Shown piece after piece: positions 25,610-35,097 of a stretch of 64,000 nt of DNA (positions within the stretch are counted from its first letter, which is position 1; each line of letters starts with the position of its first letter). The notes beneath the pieces are model-generated. The model ran no database searches and had not been told where the DNA came from. It was given only the letters and a program-made list of their open reading frames with translations. The position numbers and the translations under genes were made by a program. Source of the stretch: an uncultured Gemmatimonadaceae bacterium. Its GTDB lineage: Bacteria; Gemmatimonadota; Gemmatimonadetes; Gemmatimonadales; Gemmatimonadaceae. Location: NCBI GenBank assembly GCA_963728115.1, contig CAVSJE010000004.1:30982-94981 (forward strand), read 5' to 3'.

Positions 25610-27036
25610 GCATCGCCCCGGAACGCCGCTACCACGGCGCCGCCGCCGCGGCGGGCCCCCTGCTCTTTCTCGAGCGCACCCGGCACGTGGCGCTCGGCGA
25701 GTGGGTGCGGGTGGAGATGCCCGGACAGCCCGACCGCCGCGGCCAGGTGATCGACGCCGGCGAGCGGATCACCACCATTCAACTGCTGGACAGCACCGTG
25801 GGCCTGGCCCCCGACCGCGCCGACGTGGTGCTCACCGGCGACGTGGCGAGCACCGTGGTCGGGCGTGAACTGCTCGGCCGCGCCTTCGACGGGCACGGCG
25901 CTCCCGTCGACGGGCTGCCGGCACCGATCGGCGACGCCGTGCGTCCCATCAACGGGGCACCGATCAACCCCATCCGCCGGGCGCGGCCGCGCGACTTCAT
26001 CGAAACCGGCATCAGCGCCATCGACGCCATGAATACGCTCGTCCGGGGGCAGAAACTCCCGGTGTTCGGCGGCCCCGGGCTTCCGGCCCTGGATCTCGCC
26101 GCCCGCATCGTGGAGTGGGCACGCGCGCCGCGCGGAGAAGCGTTCGCCGTCGTGTTCGCCGGCGTCGGCATCACGGCGCGCGAGACGCGCGAGTTTCTCG
26201 ACCGCGTGCGGGCGAGCGGGGCGATGCCGCGCACGGTGCTCTACCTCAACGAAGCCGCGCATCCGGCCGTGGAACGCCTGCTCGCGCCACGACTGGCGTT
26301 GACGGCCGCCGAATTTCTGGCGTTCGATTGCGGCATCCACGTGCTGGTGGTGATCGCGGACATGACCCACTACTGCGAGGCCCTCCGGGAAATCGCGACG
26401 GCGCGCGAGGAGATTCCAGGCCGGCGCGGGTACCCGGGCTACATGTACACCGATCTCGCCACGATCTACGAGCGGGCAGGCATCATCGCCGGCAAGGCCG
26501 GGTCGATCACGCAGATCCCGATCGTCACGATGCCCGACGACGACCTCACGCATCCGATCCCCGATCTCACCGGCTACATCACCGAAGGACAGCTCGTGCT
26601 CTCGCGCGAACTCCACCGCGCCGGCATCGTCCCACCCATCGACGTGTTGCCGTCGCTGTCGCGCCTCATGAACGCCGGCATCGGTGCCGAGCGTACGCGG
26701 CCCGAGCATCGGGAATGGAGCGATCAGCTCTACGCCACCTACGCCCGTGGCCGCGAGGCGCGCACGATGGCGGCGATCGTCGGCGAGTCGGGACTTCCCG
26801 ACGTGGACCGCCGGGCAATGCAGTTCGCCGAGCGGCTCGAACGCGAGTTCGTGGGCCAACCCGACGGGCGGCGGACCATCGCCGAGACCTTCGAGCGCGG
26901 GTGGGAGTTGCTGGACGCGCTCCCGCGTGACGATCTGGTCCGGATCGACGACTCGGTACTTGCCGCGCGCCGCGACGCGCTGGCCCGACGGGCGGCCGAA
27001 GCCGAGCCGCCGGCGGGTCCGGAGCCGGCCGCATGA
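25606..27036 (+). CDS. ntpB: A/V-type ATPase subunit B
   Basis: 476 aa with the motifs ISAIDAMNTLVRGQKLPVF, DMTHYCEALREI and RRGYPGYMYTDLA. Confidence 0.96.
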   Translation: MSIAPERRYHGAAAAAGPLLFLERTRHVALGEWVRVEMPGQPDRRGQVIDAGERITTIQLLDSTVGLAPDRADVVLTGDVASTVVGRELLGRAFDGHGAPVDGLPAPIGDAVRPINGAPINPIRRARPRDFIETGISAIDAMNTLVRGQKLPVFGGPGLPALDLAARIVEWARAPRGEAFAVVFAGVGITARETREFLDRVRASGAMPRTVLYLNEAAHPAVERLLAPRLALTAAEFLAFDCGIHVLVVIADMTHYCEALREIATAREEIPGRRGYPGYMYTDLATIYERAGIIAGKAGSITQIPIVTMPDDDLTHPIPDLTGYITEGQLVLSRELHRAGIVPPIDVLPSLSRLMNAGIGAERTRPEHREWSDQLYATYARGREARTMAAIVGESGLPDVDRRAMQFAERLEREFVGQPDGRRTIAETFERGWELLDALPRDDLVRIDDSVLAARRDALARRAAEAEPPAGPEPAA

Positions 27037-27677
27037 GCGCCGGCAACCGCCTGCCCCCCACGCGCGCCGGATTGCTCGGGGCGCGCCGCCGCCTGGCGCG
27101 CGTGGTCAAGGGCGCCGCGCTCACCCGCCGCAAACGAGAGGCGCTGGTGGCGGAGCTGTTCAAGCTGGCGCGGCCGGCCGTGGACGTGCGGCAGCGGCTG
27201 GCCGAGCACGCCAACGACGCCGCCGCGGCGCTGGCCGACGCGCTCGGCATTCACGGTATCTCCGGGCTGTCGGCCATGGCGTGGCCGGTGGGCGAACCAC
27301 GCGTCGAGATCCGGCCGGCCCAGGTGTGGGGCCTGGCCGTCAGCGACGTCACCGAACGGCCGGCCCTGCAGCGGACCCTCGACGCGCGCGGGCTGGCACC
27401 GGGTGACGCCGGGGTTGCCATGGAGGACGCGGCGCGCCGATACGAGATGTTGGCAGAGTTGCTCATCGAAGCGGCGCCGCGCGAGCAGCGGGTTCGCCGA
27501 CTGAGCGACGCCGTGGCCACCACGTCCCGCCGGTTGCGCACCCTGGAGCAGCGCGTCGCGCCGGCGCTCGAGTCCCAGATCCTGCGGGTGCGGCGGGATC
27601 TCGACGAACGGGCGCGGGAAGAACGACTGCGGCTGCAGCGGCTGATGGCGAAGCGACGGAGCCCGACGGAGAACTAG
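27033..27677 (+). CDS. ntpD: A/V-type ATPase central-stalk subunit D
   Basis: 214 aa with PTRAGLLGARRRLARVVKGAALTRRKREAL, which is typical of subunit D. Confidence 0.9.
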   Translation: MSAGNRLPPTRAGLLGARRRLARVVKGAALTRRKREALVAELFKLARPAVDVRQRLAEHANDAAAALADALGIHGISGLSAMAWPVGEPRVEIRPAQVWGLAVSDVTERPALQRTLDARGLAPGDAGVAMEDAARRYEMLAELLIEAAPREQRVRRLSDAVATTSRRLRTLEQRVAPALESQILRVRRDLDERAREERLRLQRLMAKRRSPTEN

Positions 27678-29119
27678 GCGTCCGCCGTCAGCAGGTAGTC
27701 CAGCACCTCGCCGGCCGCGTAGTGCGTCCGCCCGTGCAGGAACGGCGCCATGGCCATGAGATCGTCGCCGCTCGTGAGCAGCGGGAGTTCGTCGTCGGAT
27801 TGCCGTCGCACCTGCGCCTGGCCGATGTTCGCGAGCAGGGCGTTGCACAGGCACCGGCGCCCCTCGGTCGCCTCGGGCGCGCCCCCCTTGGCCACGAACG
27901 CGTCCACCGGCTCCGCCGGGCACCGGTATCCGATTCCGCCGTCGGCCTTCCGGTACGCCGTCCGCAGGTATCCCAGATCGCAGACCCGCGCGCGGCCGGC
28001 ATCCTGAAAGCTCGCTTCCTCACCCGCGACCTCGACGAGCTTGAACGGATATCCGGTGGGCGAGGCCCGGGGGTCGGTGCGCACACGCACGGCACCGTGG
28101 TTCACGCCCGCCAGCACCCGCGACTTGAGGTCCGGCGTCACCCCCGATTCGTCCGCGAACGCGAACAGGGTGCCCACCTGGATGCCGGCCGCGCCGGCGT
28201 CGACGGCGGCGCGGAGGGCCGCCGGCGAGCCAGTGCCGCCGGCCAGCCAGAACGGGAGGCCGAGGTCGCGGACCTTTGCCAGATCCACGGCATCGCGATC
28301 GCCGTATACCGGCTCACCCGTTTCCGACAGTTGCATCGTGCCGCGCGGCGGGGCGTTGTGACCGCCCGCCGTCGGGCCCTCGATCACGAAGCCATCCACG
28401 CGGCCGTTCGCCTTGCGGGCGAGCGTGGTGGCGAGCGAATTGGCCGAGACGATGGGGTAGAACTTCGGGCGAGTGAGGGGCGCCGTGTCCGTCGGAACCC
28501 CATGCGCGCCCGGCTCGAAGGTCAGGACGTCGGTGTCGCCGCCCGGGCCCTCGACGTCGAATCGAATCTCGGCCGGCCGGTGGTTGGCGAGGGCGTCGAG
28601 CGCACCGGGGATCTCGCGGGGGATGCCGGCCCCCATCAGCACCACGTCCACGCCGGCCAGCATGGCGCCGTAGAGCGTGGCGAGGTTGGGCATCTGGACC
28701 TTGGTGAGCAGGTTGATGCCCACGGGATTGCCATGCCCCTCGCGCGCCAGCCAGACCTCGACGAAGCTGGCGAGCATCGTGAGCTGTTGGCGGGCCACGC
28801 TCACGACCTGCTTGTACGTGGGGAGCGCCCTGTACGGGGTCCCCGGCGCGCGCCCCTCGGGGTGGAAGTAGCGTTTGAGCGCCGCTTCGGCCACCGGCGG
28901 ACAGGGAAAGTGCGCCATCGCGCGCCGCAGGTGTCCGCCCGGGTCTCCGTCCTGCAGCCGCCGGGCGAAGATCGTGTCGATGACGGTGCCCGACACGACC
29001 CCCAGCTGTCCCCGCAGGGACACGGCCCGAGCGAGCATCCAGTTGGAGACGCCGGCGCCCATGCCCCCCTGAATTACCCGGGGGAGCTCAAATCCCGTGG
29101 CGGCCATGCCGTTGGTCAT
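27674..29119 (-). CDS. Nitronate monooxygenase / 2-nitropropane dioxygenase-like FMN enzyme
   Basis: It has VIQGGMGAGVSNWMLARAVS and a TIM-barrel NMO-like sequence. I chose the ATG at 29119. Its stop overlaps the ntpD stop within CTAG. Confidence 0.78.
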   Translation of the reverse strand: MTNGMAATGFELPRVIQGGMGAGVSNWMLARAVSLRGQLGVVSGTVIDTIFARRLQDGDPGGHLRRAMAHFPCPPVAEAALKRYFHPEGRAPGTPYRALPTYKQVVSVARQQLTMLASFVEVWLAREGHGNPVGINLLTKVQMPNLATLYGAMLAGVDVVLMGAGIPREIPGALDALANHRPAEIRFDVEGPGGDTDVLTFEPGAHGVPTDTAPLTRPKFYPIVSANSLATTLARKANGRVDGFVIEGPTAGGHNAPPRGTMQLSETGEPVYGDRDAVDLAKVRDLGLPFWLAGGTGSPAALRAAVDAGAAGIQVGTLFAFADESGVTPDLKSRVLAGVNHGAVRVRTDPRASPTGYPFKLVEVAGEEASFQDAGRARVCDLGYLRTAYRKADGGIGYRCPAEPVDAFVAKGGAPEATEGRRCLCNALLANIGQAQVRRQSDDELPLLTSGDDLMAMAPFLHGRTHYAAGEVLDYLLTADA

Positions 29120-29376
29120 CGGTAGTTGGTCATCGAGTATCAGGGGATCGTGTGTTCGCGCACCCCAGGCTAGCGAAAGTCCCGGCCGCTCGATGTCAGG
29201 GAATCCCTCGCATTGGTTGGGGAAAAACGCTGAATGCGCCCCGGGACATTCCTGATCAGGTTGGTCGCAACCCAAGCACGACTCCAGCAGCGACCGCACG
29301 CGACCGATGGGCGCGCAGCCGCCGGCGGGAGCCCCGTGGTGCCACTCATCATCAGCCTCTCACCGGACACTCCTCG

Positions 29377-31677
29377 ATGACGCTCTCTGAAGGCGCGGCG
29401 GACGCCCCCGGCGCCAGCGCGACGCGCCCGCCGAACGTCCCACACGTCACGTCCGTGGGCCTGGACTCGTTCTCGTACGACGACGACATCGTCCGCAAGT
29501 TCATGGTCGCCACCTTCGTGTGGGGCCTCGTCGGGATGCTCGTGGGTCTGGTGATCGCGCTCCAGCTCGTGCTCCCGTCGCTGGACTTCGCGCCCTGGTT
29601 CTCGTTCGGCCGCCTGCGGCCGCTGCATACGAACGCCGTGATCTTCGCGTTCGCCGGCAACGCATTCTTCACCGGCGCCTACTACTCGACGCAGCGGCTG
29701 TGCAAGACGCGGATGTTCTCCGACTTCATGGGGCGATTCCACTTCTGGGGATGGCAGTCGATCATCGTCGCCGCGGCGATCACGCTCCCCATGGGCTTCA
29801 CCCAGGCCAAGGAGTACGCGGAGCTCGAGTGGCCCATCGACATCGCGATCGCGATCGTGTGGGTCGTGTTCGCCGTGAACTTCTTCGGCACGCTCAAGAA
29901 GCGGCGCGAGCGGCATCTCTACGTCGCCATCTGGTTCTACATCGCCAGCATCATCACCGTCGCCATCCTGCACATCTTCAACAACCTCGTCATTCCCGCC
30001 GGCTGGCTGAAGAGCTACTCGCTGTACGCCGGCGTGCAGGACGCGTTCATGCAGTGGTGGTACGGGCACAATGCCGTCGCGTTCTTCCTCACGACGCCGT
30101 TCCTCGGGCTCATGTACTACTTCATGCCCAAGGCCGCCGAACGCCCGGTCTATTCGTACAAGCTGTCCATCCTGCACTTCTGGTCGCTGGTGTTCATCTA
30201 CATCTGGGCCGGCCCACACCACCTGCACTACACGGCGCTGCCCGAGTGGGCCTCGACGTTGGGCATGGTATTCTCGGTGATGCTGTGGATGCCGAGTTGG
30301 GGCGGCATGATCAACGGCCTGCTGACCCTGCGCGGCGCCTGGAACAAGGTGGTCGAGGATCCCGTTCTCAAGTTCTTCGTCGTCGCCGTCACGGCGTACG
30401 GTATGTCGACGTTCGAAGGCCCGATGCTCTCGGTGAAGAGCGTCAACGCCCTGGCGCACTACAGCGACTGGATCATTGCCCACGTCCACACCGGCACCCT
30501 GGGGTGGAACGGGTTCATGACCTTCGGCATGATCTACTGGCTGCTCCCGCGGCTGTTCCAGACCAAGCTCTACAGCAAGAAGCTCGCGGAGTGGCACTTC
30601 TGGATCGGCAGCTTCGGCATTCTGCTCTACGTCGTGGCCATCTACAGCGCCGGCGTCACCGAAGGGCTGATGTGGCGCGCCTTCGACCAGACGGGCCGGT
30701 TGGCCTATCCCGACTGGATCGAGACGGTGGTCAAGGTCATTCCGATGTGGTGGATGCGTGCCGTGGGCGGCGCCCTCTACATCGTCGGCATGTTCATGTT
30801 CGGCTGGAACATCCTCATGACGTGGCGCAACCGGCCGGCCGTGTACGACGTGCCGGTCATCCAGGCGCCGCCGCTGACCGCGCAGTACGTGGAACAGCCG
30901 CATCGCGAGCGCCCGGCCAGTGCCTTCGGGCGGTTCGTGGACCTCGGCTGGCACCGGATGTGGGAGGGGCGGTGGCTGCTGTTCACGGTGATGGTGATCG
31001 TGGCCGTGGCCGTGGCATCGCTGTTCGAGATCATTCCCACCTTTCTCATCCGCGAGAACGTCCCCACCATCTCCTCGGTCAAGCCGTACACGCCGCTGGA
31101 GCTGGCGGGGCGTGACATCTACGTTCGCGAGGGCTGCTTCAACTGCCACTCGCAGATGATCCGGCCCTTCCGGTGGGAAACCGAGCGGTTCGGCGAATAC
31201 TCGAAGCCGGGTGAATTCGTCTACGACCACCCCTTCCTCTGGGGCTCGCGGCGCATCGGCCCCGATCTGGCGCGGGAGGGGGGCAAGTATCCGGACCTCT
31301 GGCACGTGCGGCACATGCAGGATCCGCGCTCGATCACACCCAAATCGATCATGCCGACCTACGCGTTCCTCCTGACGCAGGATCTCGACTTCGCGTCGAT
31401 CCAGTCCAAGGTGGACGCGATGGCCATGCTCGGGGTGCCCTACGGCCCCGCGGTGCTCCAGGGCAACGCGCCCCGGTTGGCGCGCGCCCAGGCGGCGCTG
31501 ATCGCCGACACGATCGCCCAGCAGGGCGGGCCGAAGAACCTGCAGGGCAAGGAGATCATTGCGCTCGTGGCCTATCTGCAGCGGCTCGGATGGGACGCCA
31601 CCCACGTCTCGGCGCCGGCCGCGACGACGGGATCGGCGGCGGCGGCACCGGCCGGCAACGGCGGCGGCACGCCATGA
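29377..31677 (+). CDS. ccoNO: cbb3-type cytochrome c oxidase, fused subunits I and II (CcoN-CcoO)
   Basis: The haem-copper oxidase core (FGRLRPLHTNAVIF, HFW, GMSTFEGP, HYSDWIIAHVH) continues in frame into the CcoO TM helix and KPYTPLELAGRDIYVREGCFNCHSQMIRP. The start at 29377 is tentative because no clear SD is present. Confidence 0.9.
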   Translation: MTLSEGAADAPGASATRPPNVPHVTSVGLDSFSYDDDIVRKFMVATFVWGLVGMLVGLVIALQLVLPSLDFAPWFSFGRLRPLHTNAVIFAFAGNAFFTGAYYSTQRLCKTRMFSDFMGRFHFWGWQSIIVAAAITLPMGFTQAKEYAELEWPIDIAIAIVWVVFAVNFFGTLKKRRERHLYVAIWFYIASIITVAILHIFNNLVIPAGWLKSYSLYAGVQDAFMQWWYGHNAVAFFLTTPFLGLMYYFMPKAAERPVYSYKLSILHFWSLVFIYIWAGPHHLHYTALPEWASTLGMVFSVMLWMPSWGGMINGLLTLRGAWNKVVEDPVLKFFVVAVTAYGMSTFEGPMLSVKSVNALAHYSDWIIAHVHTGTLGWNGFMTFGMIYWLLPRLFQTKLYSKKLAEWHFWIGSFGILLYVVAIYSAGVTEGLMWRAFDQTGRLAYPDWIETVVKVIPMWWMRAVGGALYIVGMFMFGWNILMTWRNRPAVYDVPVIQAPPLTAQYVEQPHRERPASAFGRFVDLGWHRMWEGRWLLFTVMVIVAVAVASLFEIIPTFLIRENVPTISSVKPYTPLELAGRDIYVREGCFNCHSQMIRPFRWETERFGEYSKPGEFVYDHPFLWGSRRIGPDLAREGGKYPDLWHVRHMQDPRSITPKSIMPTYAFLLTQDLDFASIQSKVDAMAMLGVPYGPAVLQGNAPRLARAQAALIADTIAQQGGPKNLQGKEIIALVAYLQRLGWDATHVSAPAATTGSAAAAPAGNGGGTP

Positions 31678-31892
31678 AGTCGCTCTCCGACGTCGTGGCG
31701 GGTGCCGGCCTGCACATCTATGCCGACATCGCCCTCATCATCTTCCTCGCGGTGTTCGTCGCCATTCTCGCCCGCGTGATGCTGGCCAAGCGCTCCACAT
31801 GGGAGCACGAGGCCAACCTCCCGCTGGAGGACGACACCGCTTTCCCCGAAACGCCATCGCACCGCGGACAGGGACATGACGACCAACCGTAA
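31674..31892 (+). CDS. Small single-TM protein in the CcoQ position
   Basis: 72 aa with the TM segment IYADIALIIFLAVFVAILARV. It overlaps the ccoNO stop as ATGA. Confidence 0.5.
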   Translation: MKSLSDVVAGAGLHIYADIALIIFLAVFVAILARVMLAKRSTWEHEANLPLEDDTAFPETPSHRGQGHDDQP

Positions 31893-32451
31893 CGATCAGG
31901 ACCGCCTGCTCGAGCACAACTACGACGGCATTCAGGAGTACGACAATCCGATGCCGCGGTGGTGGGTCTGGATCTTCTGGGCCACGATCGTGTTCGCGGT
32001 CGTGTACGGCCTCGACCCGTGGCACGTGCTGCGCGGCCCGGGACGCATCGCCGACTACAATGCGTCGGTGGCCGAAGCGGCGAAGCTCTTTCCGGCACCG
32101 GCCGCGGGCGGCGACGCCGTCGCGCTCGCCGCGCTCGGCAGGAATCCCCAGGCACTGGCCGCCGGCAAGCAGACCTTCGTCACCACCTGCGCGCCCTGCC
32201 ACCGCGCCGACGGCGGCGGCATCATCGGTCCGAACCTCACCGATGACTACTGGCTGCATGGTGGCACGCTCACCGATATCCACAAGACGATCACCGAGGG
32301 CGTGCTCGACAAGGGGATGCCCAACTGGGGCAAGTTCCTCAAACCGTCGCAGGTGGACGACGTGGCCGTCTATGTCTACTACGGATTGTACGGCACCAAT
32401 CCGCCGAATCCCAAAGCGCCCCAGGGCGTGAAGGTCGAGCGAGAGAAATGA
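31876..32451 (+). CDS. ccoP: cbb3 oxidase subunit III, short monohaem form
   Basis: It has LLEHNYDGIQEYDNPMPRWWVWIF and a single CAPCH motif. It is 191 aa. Confidence 0.85.
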   Translation: MTTNRNDQDRLLEHNYDGIQEYDNPMPRWWVWIFWATIVFAVVYGLDPWHVLRGPGRIADYNASVAEAAKLFPAPAAGGDAVALAALGRNPQALAAGKQTFVTTCAPCHRADGGGIIGPNLTDDYWLHGGTLTDIHKTITEGVLDKGMPNWGKFLKPSQVDDVAVYVYYGLYGTNPPNPKAPQGVKVEREK

Positions 32452-33893
32452 TGAGCGCCGCCCCCACGCCGGCCCCGGCCCCGACGGGCCGGGTGCTGCC
32501 GACCCTGAACGAGGACGGATCGCGCCGGTGGATCCGGCCGAAACCGTCGCCCGGCAAGTTCTGGCACCGGCGGCGCGTGGTGGCGTACGTGCTGATGTTC
32601 GTGTTCTTCATCATCCCGTACCTGCGGATGCACGGAAAGCCGCTCGTGCTGCTCGACCTCCCGCGGCGCCAGTTCACGCTGTTCGGCACCACGTTCCTGC
32701 CCACCGACACGCTGCTGTTGATGCTGCTCATGGCGAGCATCCTCATCGGCATCTTTCTCATGACGGCGCTCGCCGGCCGGGTCTGGTGCGGCTGGTCGTG
32801 TCCGCAGACGGTATATCTGGAGTTCCTCTACCGGCCCATCGAGCGGCTGTTCGAAGGCGGCCGGAGCGGCTCGATGCAACTCGACCGCGAGGGCATGCGC
32901 GGCCAGCTGCACGGGCGCCGGATCGCCAAGTACGGCGTCTACCTGCTGCTCTCGCTCTTTCTGGCGCACACCTTCCTCGCCTACTTCGTGGGCATCGATC
33001 GCCTGGTGGAGTGGGTCCAGCAGTCGCCGTTCGAGCACCCGACGTCGTTCGCCATCATGGCACTCACGACGTTCGGCATCATGGCCGACTTCACCTGGTT
33101 CCGGGAACAGACCTGTCTCGTGGCGTGTCCGTACGGCCGTTGGCAGTCCGTCCTGCTCGACCGGCAGTCGCTGATCGTCGCCTACGACCGCACGCGCGGC
33201 GAGCCGCGGGCCAAGGGCAAGGATCGCACGGACGCCGGCGACTGCATCGACTGTGGGGCCTGTGTCATCACCTGCCCCACCGGCATCGACATCCGGGACG
33301 GCCTCCAGATGGAGTGCATCCATTGCACGCAGTGCGCCGACGCGTGCGACGCGATCATGGCCCGCGTGGGCAAGCCCCCCGGCCTCATTCGCTATTCCTC
33401 GCAGGCCGCGCTCCAGGGGGAGAAGGTCCGGCGCCTCCGGCCGCGGGTGGTGCTCTATCCGGCGGCGCTCGCGCTCACCTTCGGTGGGTTCCTGTTCGCC
33501 CTCGGCACCAAGGCGCCAGCCGACGTGACCGTGCTCCGCGGACGCGGCGAGCCCTACGTGATCGAGGCCGACGGCCGGGTGGCCAACCAGCTCCGCGTGA
33601 AGATCACCAATCGCTCGTCGCACGATCAGCAGTACCGCGTCACGGTGACCGGGGCCGACGAAGCTTCAGTGATCGCGCCCCAGAACCCGCTGGCAGTGGC
33701 GGCCGGCGCCACCGAATCGATGGGGTTGTTCGTGATGCTGCCGCCGTCCGCCTTCCATGACGGGGCGCGCAACATCACCATCCGGGTCAGCGACGGCGGG
33801 AAGTTCGCCGAGGGCGTTCCCTACCGCCTCGTGGGCCCCGAACACGACGACGACGACCACGGCACCCGCCACCCGGAGGATGGAAGACGATGA
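32448..33893 (+). CDS. ccoG: Cytochrome c oxidase accessory ferredoxin CcoG/FixG
   Basis: 481 aa with the motifs WCGWSCPQT, CLVACPYGR, CIDCGACVITCPTGIDIR and CIHCTQCADAC. Confidence 0.9.
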   Translation: MMSAAPTPAPAPTGRVLPTLNEDGSRRWIRPKPSPGKFWHRRRVVAYVLMFVFFIIPYLRMHGKPLVLLDLPRRQFTLFGTTFLPTDTLLLMLLMASILIGIFLMTALAGRVWCGWSCPQTVYLEFLYRPIERLFEGGRSGSMQLDREGMRGQLHGRRIAKYGVYLLLSLFLAHTFLAYFVGIDRLVEWVQQSPFEHPTSFAIMALTTFGIMADFTWFREQTCLVACPYGRWQSVLLDRQSLIVAYDRTRGEPRAKGKDRTDAGDCIDCGACVITCPTGIDIRDGLQMECIHCTQCADACDAIMARVGKPPGLIRYSSQAALQGEKVRRLRPRVVLYPAALALTFGGFLFALGTKAPADVTVLRGRGEPYVIEADGRVANQLRVKITNRSSHDQQYRVTVTGADEASVIAPQNPLAVAAGATESMGLFVMLPPSAFHDGARNITIRVSDGGKFAEGVPYRLVGPEHDDDDHGTRHPEDGRR

Positions 33894-34378
33894 AGCGAGG
33901 ATTCGGCTGGCCCCTGGGCGTCATCGCCATTCTCACGGCGACCGTCGGGCTCAACATCTGGGTGTTTCGCGTGGCCAACGACGACCCCTCGTTCGCCATC
34001 GAGCCCGACTACTACCAGAAGGCCGTGAACTGGGACAGCACGATGGCACAGCAGCGCGAGAATCTGGCCCTCGGGTGGCACCTCGCCCCGACACTCGGCG
34101 CGTTCACGCCGCACGATGGCGCCCGGCTGCAGGTAACGCTCACCGACGCGTCGGGGGCGGCGATCGGTGACGCGACGGTGAAGGTCGCCGCGTTCTTCAA
34201 CGCGCGCGCCAACGACATCATCGACACGACGCTGCACCGGGACTCCGCCGGATACGTCGCCACGCTCCCCGTCACGCGCGGCGGGGTGTGGGAACTGCAA
34301 TTCGACGTGCGGCGCGGGACCACGCGCTTCACCGCGACGTCCCGCATCGAAGCCGTTCCGGCCGGCCCCGGCACGTGA
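33890..34378 (+). CDS. FixH/CcoH-like protein
   Basis: 162 aa with an N-terminal TM helix and the sequence PSFAIEPDYYQKAVNWD. Confidence 0.72.
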   Translation: MKRGFGWPLGVIAILTATVGLNIWVFRVANDDPSFAIEPDYYQKAVNWDSTMAQQRENLALGWHLAPTLGAFTPHDGARLQVTLTDASGAAIGDATVKVAAFFNARANDIIDTTLHRDSAGYVATLPVTRGGVWELQFDVRRGTTRFTATSRIEAVPAGPGT

Positions 34379-35097
34379 CCCTGCTGTTCGGCGTGCTCGT
34401 CGCCAGCCTGGTGGGGAGCATCCACTGCGCGGCGATGTGCGGCGGGTTCGTGTGCATCTACTCCGGAGCCTCCGCCCCGCGCGGGCTCGCCAACCTGCCC
34501 GCGCATCTGGCGTACAACGGCGGGCGGCTGTTGTCGTACGTCGCGCTCGGCGTGCTCGCCGGCGCGATCGGCGCCCGCGTTGACGACCTGGGCCGTCTCG
34601 CCGGATTCAGCCGCGGGGCCGCGGTCCTCGCCGGCGCGCTGATGGTGCTCTGGGCGCTGGGGATCATCGCCGCTTCGCTCGGCGTCCGGGTGCCCGGCAC
34701 GCTGGCGCCGGCATGGGCCAAGCGCCGCCTCGGGGGAGCGCTCGTCGCGATGCGCGACCGCCCGCCCGTGGCGCGGGCCGCCGTCACCGGCCTCCTGACC
34801 ACGCTGCTGCCCTGCGGCTGGTTGTACACCTTCGTCGTGACGGCCGGCGGCACCGGCAGCCCGCTCGCCGGCGCCGGCGTGATGGCCGCCTTCTGGCTCG
34901 GCACCGTGCCCATCCTGCTGGCGCTCGGCCTCGGCGCCCAACGGCTGCTCGGTCCGATGGCGCGGCGACTGCCGCTGGCCAGCGCCGCGCTGGTGCTGGT
35001 CCTGGGGCTGCTCTCCATCGCCGGCCGCGTGCATCCGCCGGCCATGCACATGGGCGCGCACGCCGCGCCGCCGGTCGCGGGACATGTCGCTCGCTGA
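34375..35097 (+). CDS. DsbD_2 / TauE-like integral membrane protein commonly linked to ccoI
   Basis: A GTG start overlaps the fixH stop as GTGA. It has the motif SIHCAAMCGGF and is polytopic. Confidence 0.62.
   Translation: MTLLFGVLVASLVGSIHCAAMCGGFVCIYSGASAPRGLANLPAHLAYNGGRLLSYVALGVLAGAIGARVDDLGRLAGFSRGAAVLAGALMVLWALGIIAASLGVRVPGTLAPAWAKRRLGGALVAMRDRPPVARAAVTGLLTTLLPCGWLYTFVVTAGGTGSPLAGAGVMAAFWLGTVPILLALGLGAQRLLGPMARRLPLASAALVLVLGLLSIAGRVHPPAMHMGAHAAPPVAGHVAR

Noticed and set aside
29194-29207. An identical 14-mer, TGTCAGGGAATCCC, upstream of both ccoNO and feoA (49749-49762).
   Set aside because: On its own it is not significant. Several chance 14-mer matches are expected in 64 kb on two strands. 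I kept it only as supporting context for the GGAAT-motif finding.
29120-29376. An FNR/Anr box (TTGAT-N4-ATCAA) upstream of ccoNO.
   Set aside because: I found no acceptable match by eye. The only palindrome is CCTGATCAGG (29251-29260), which does not fit the FNR consensus.
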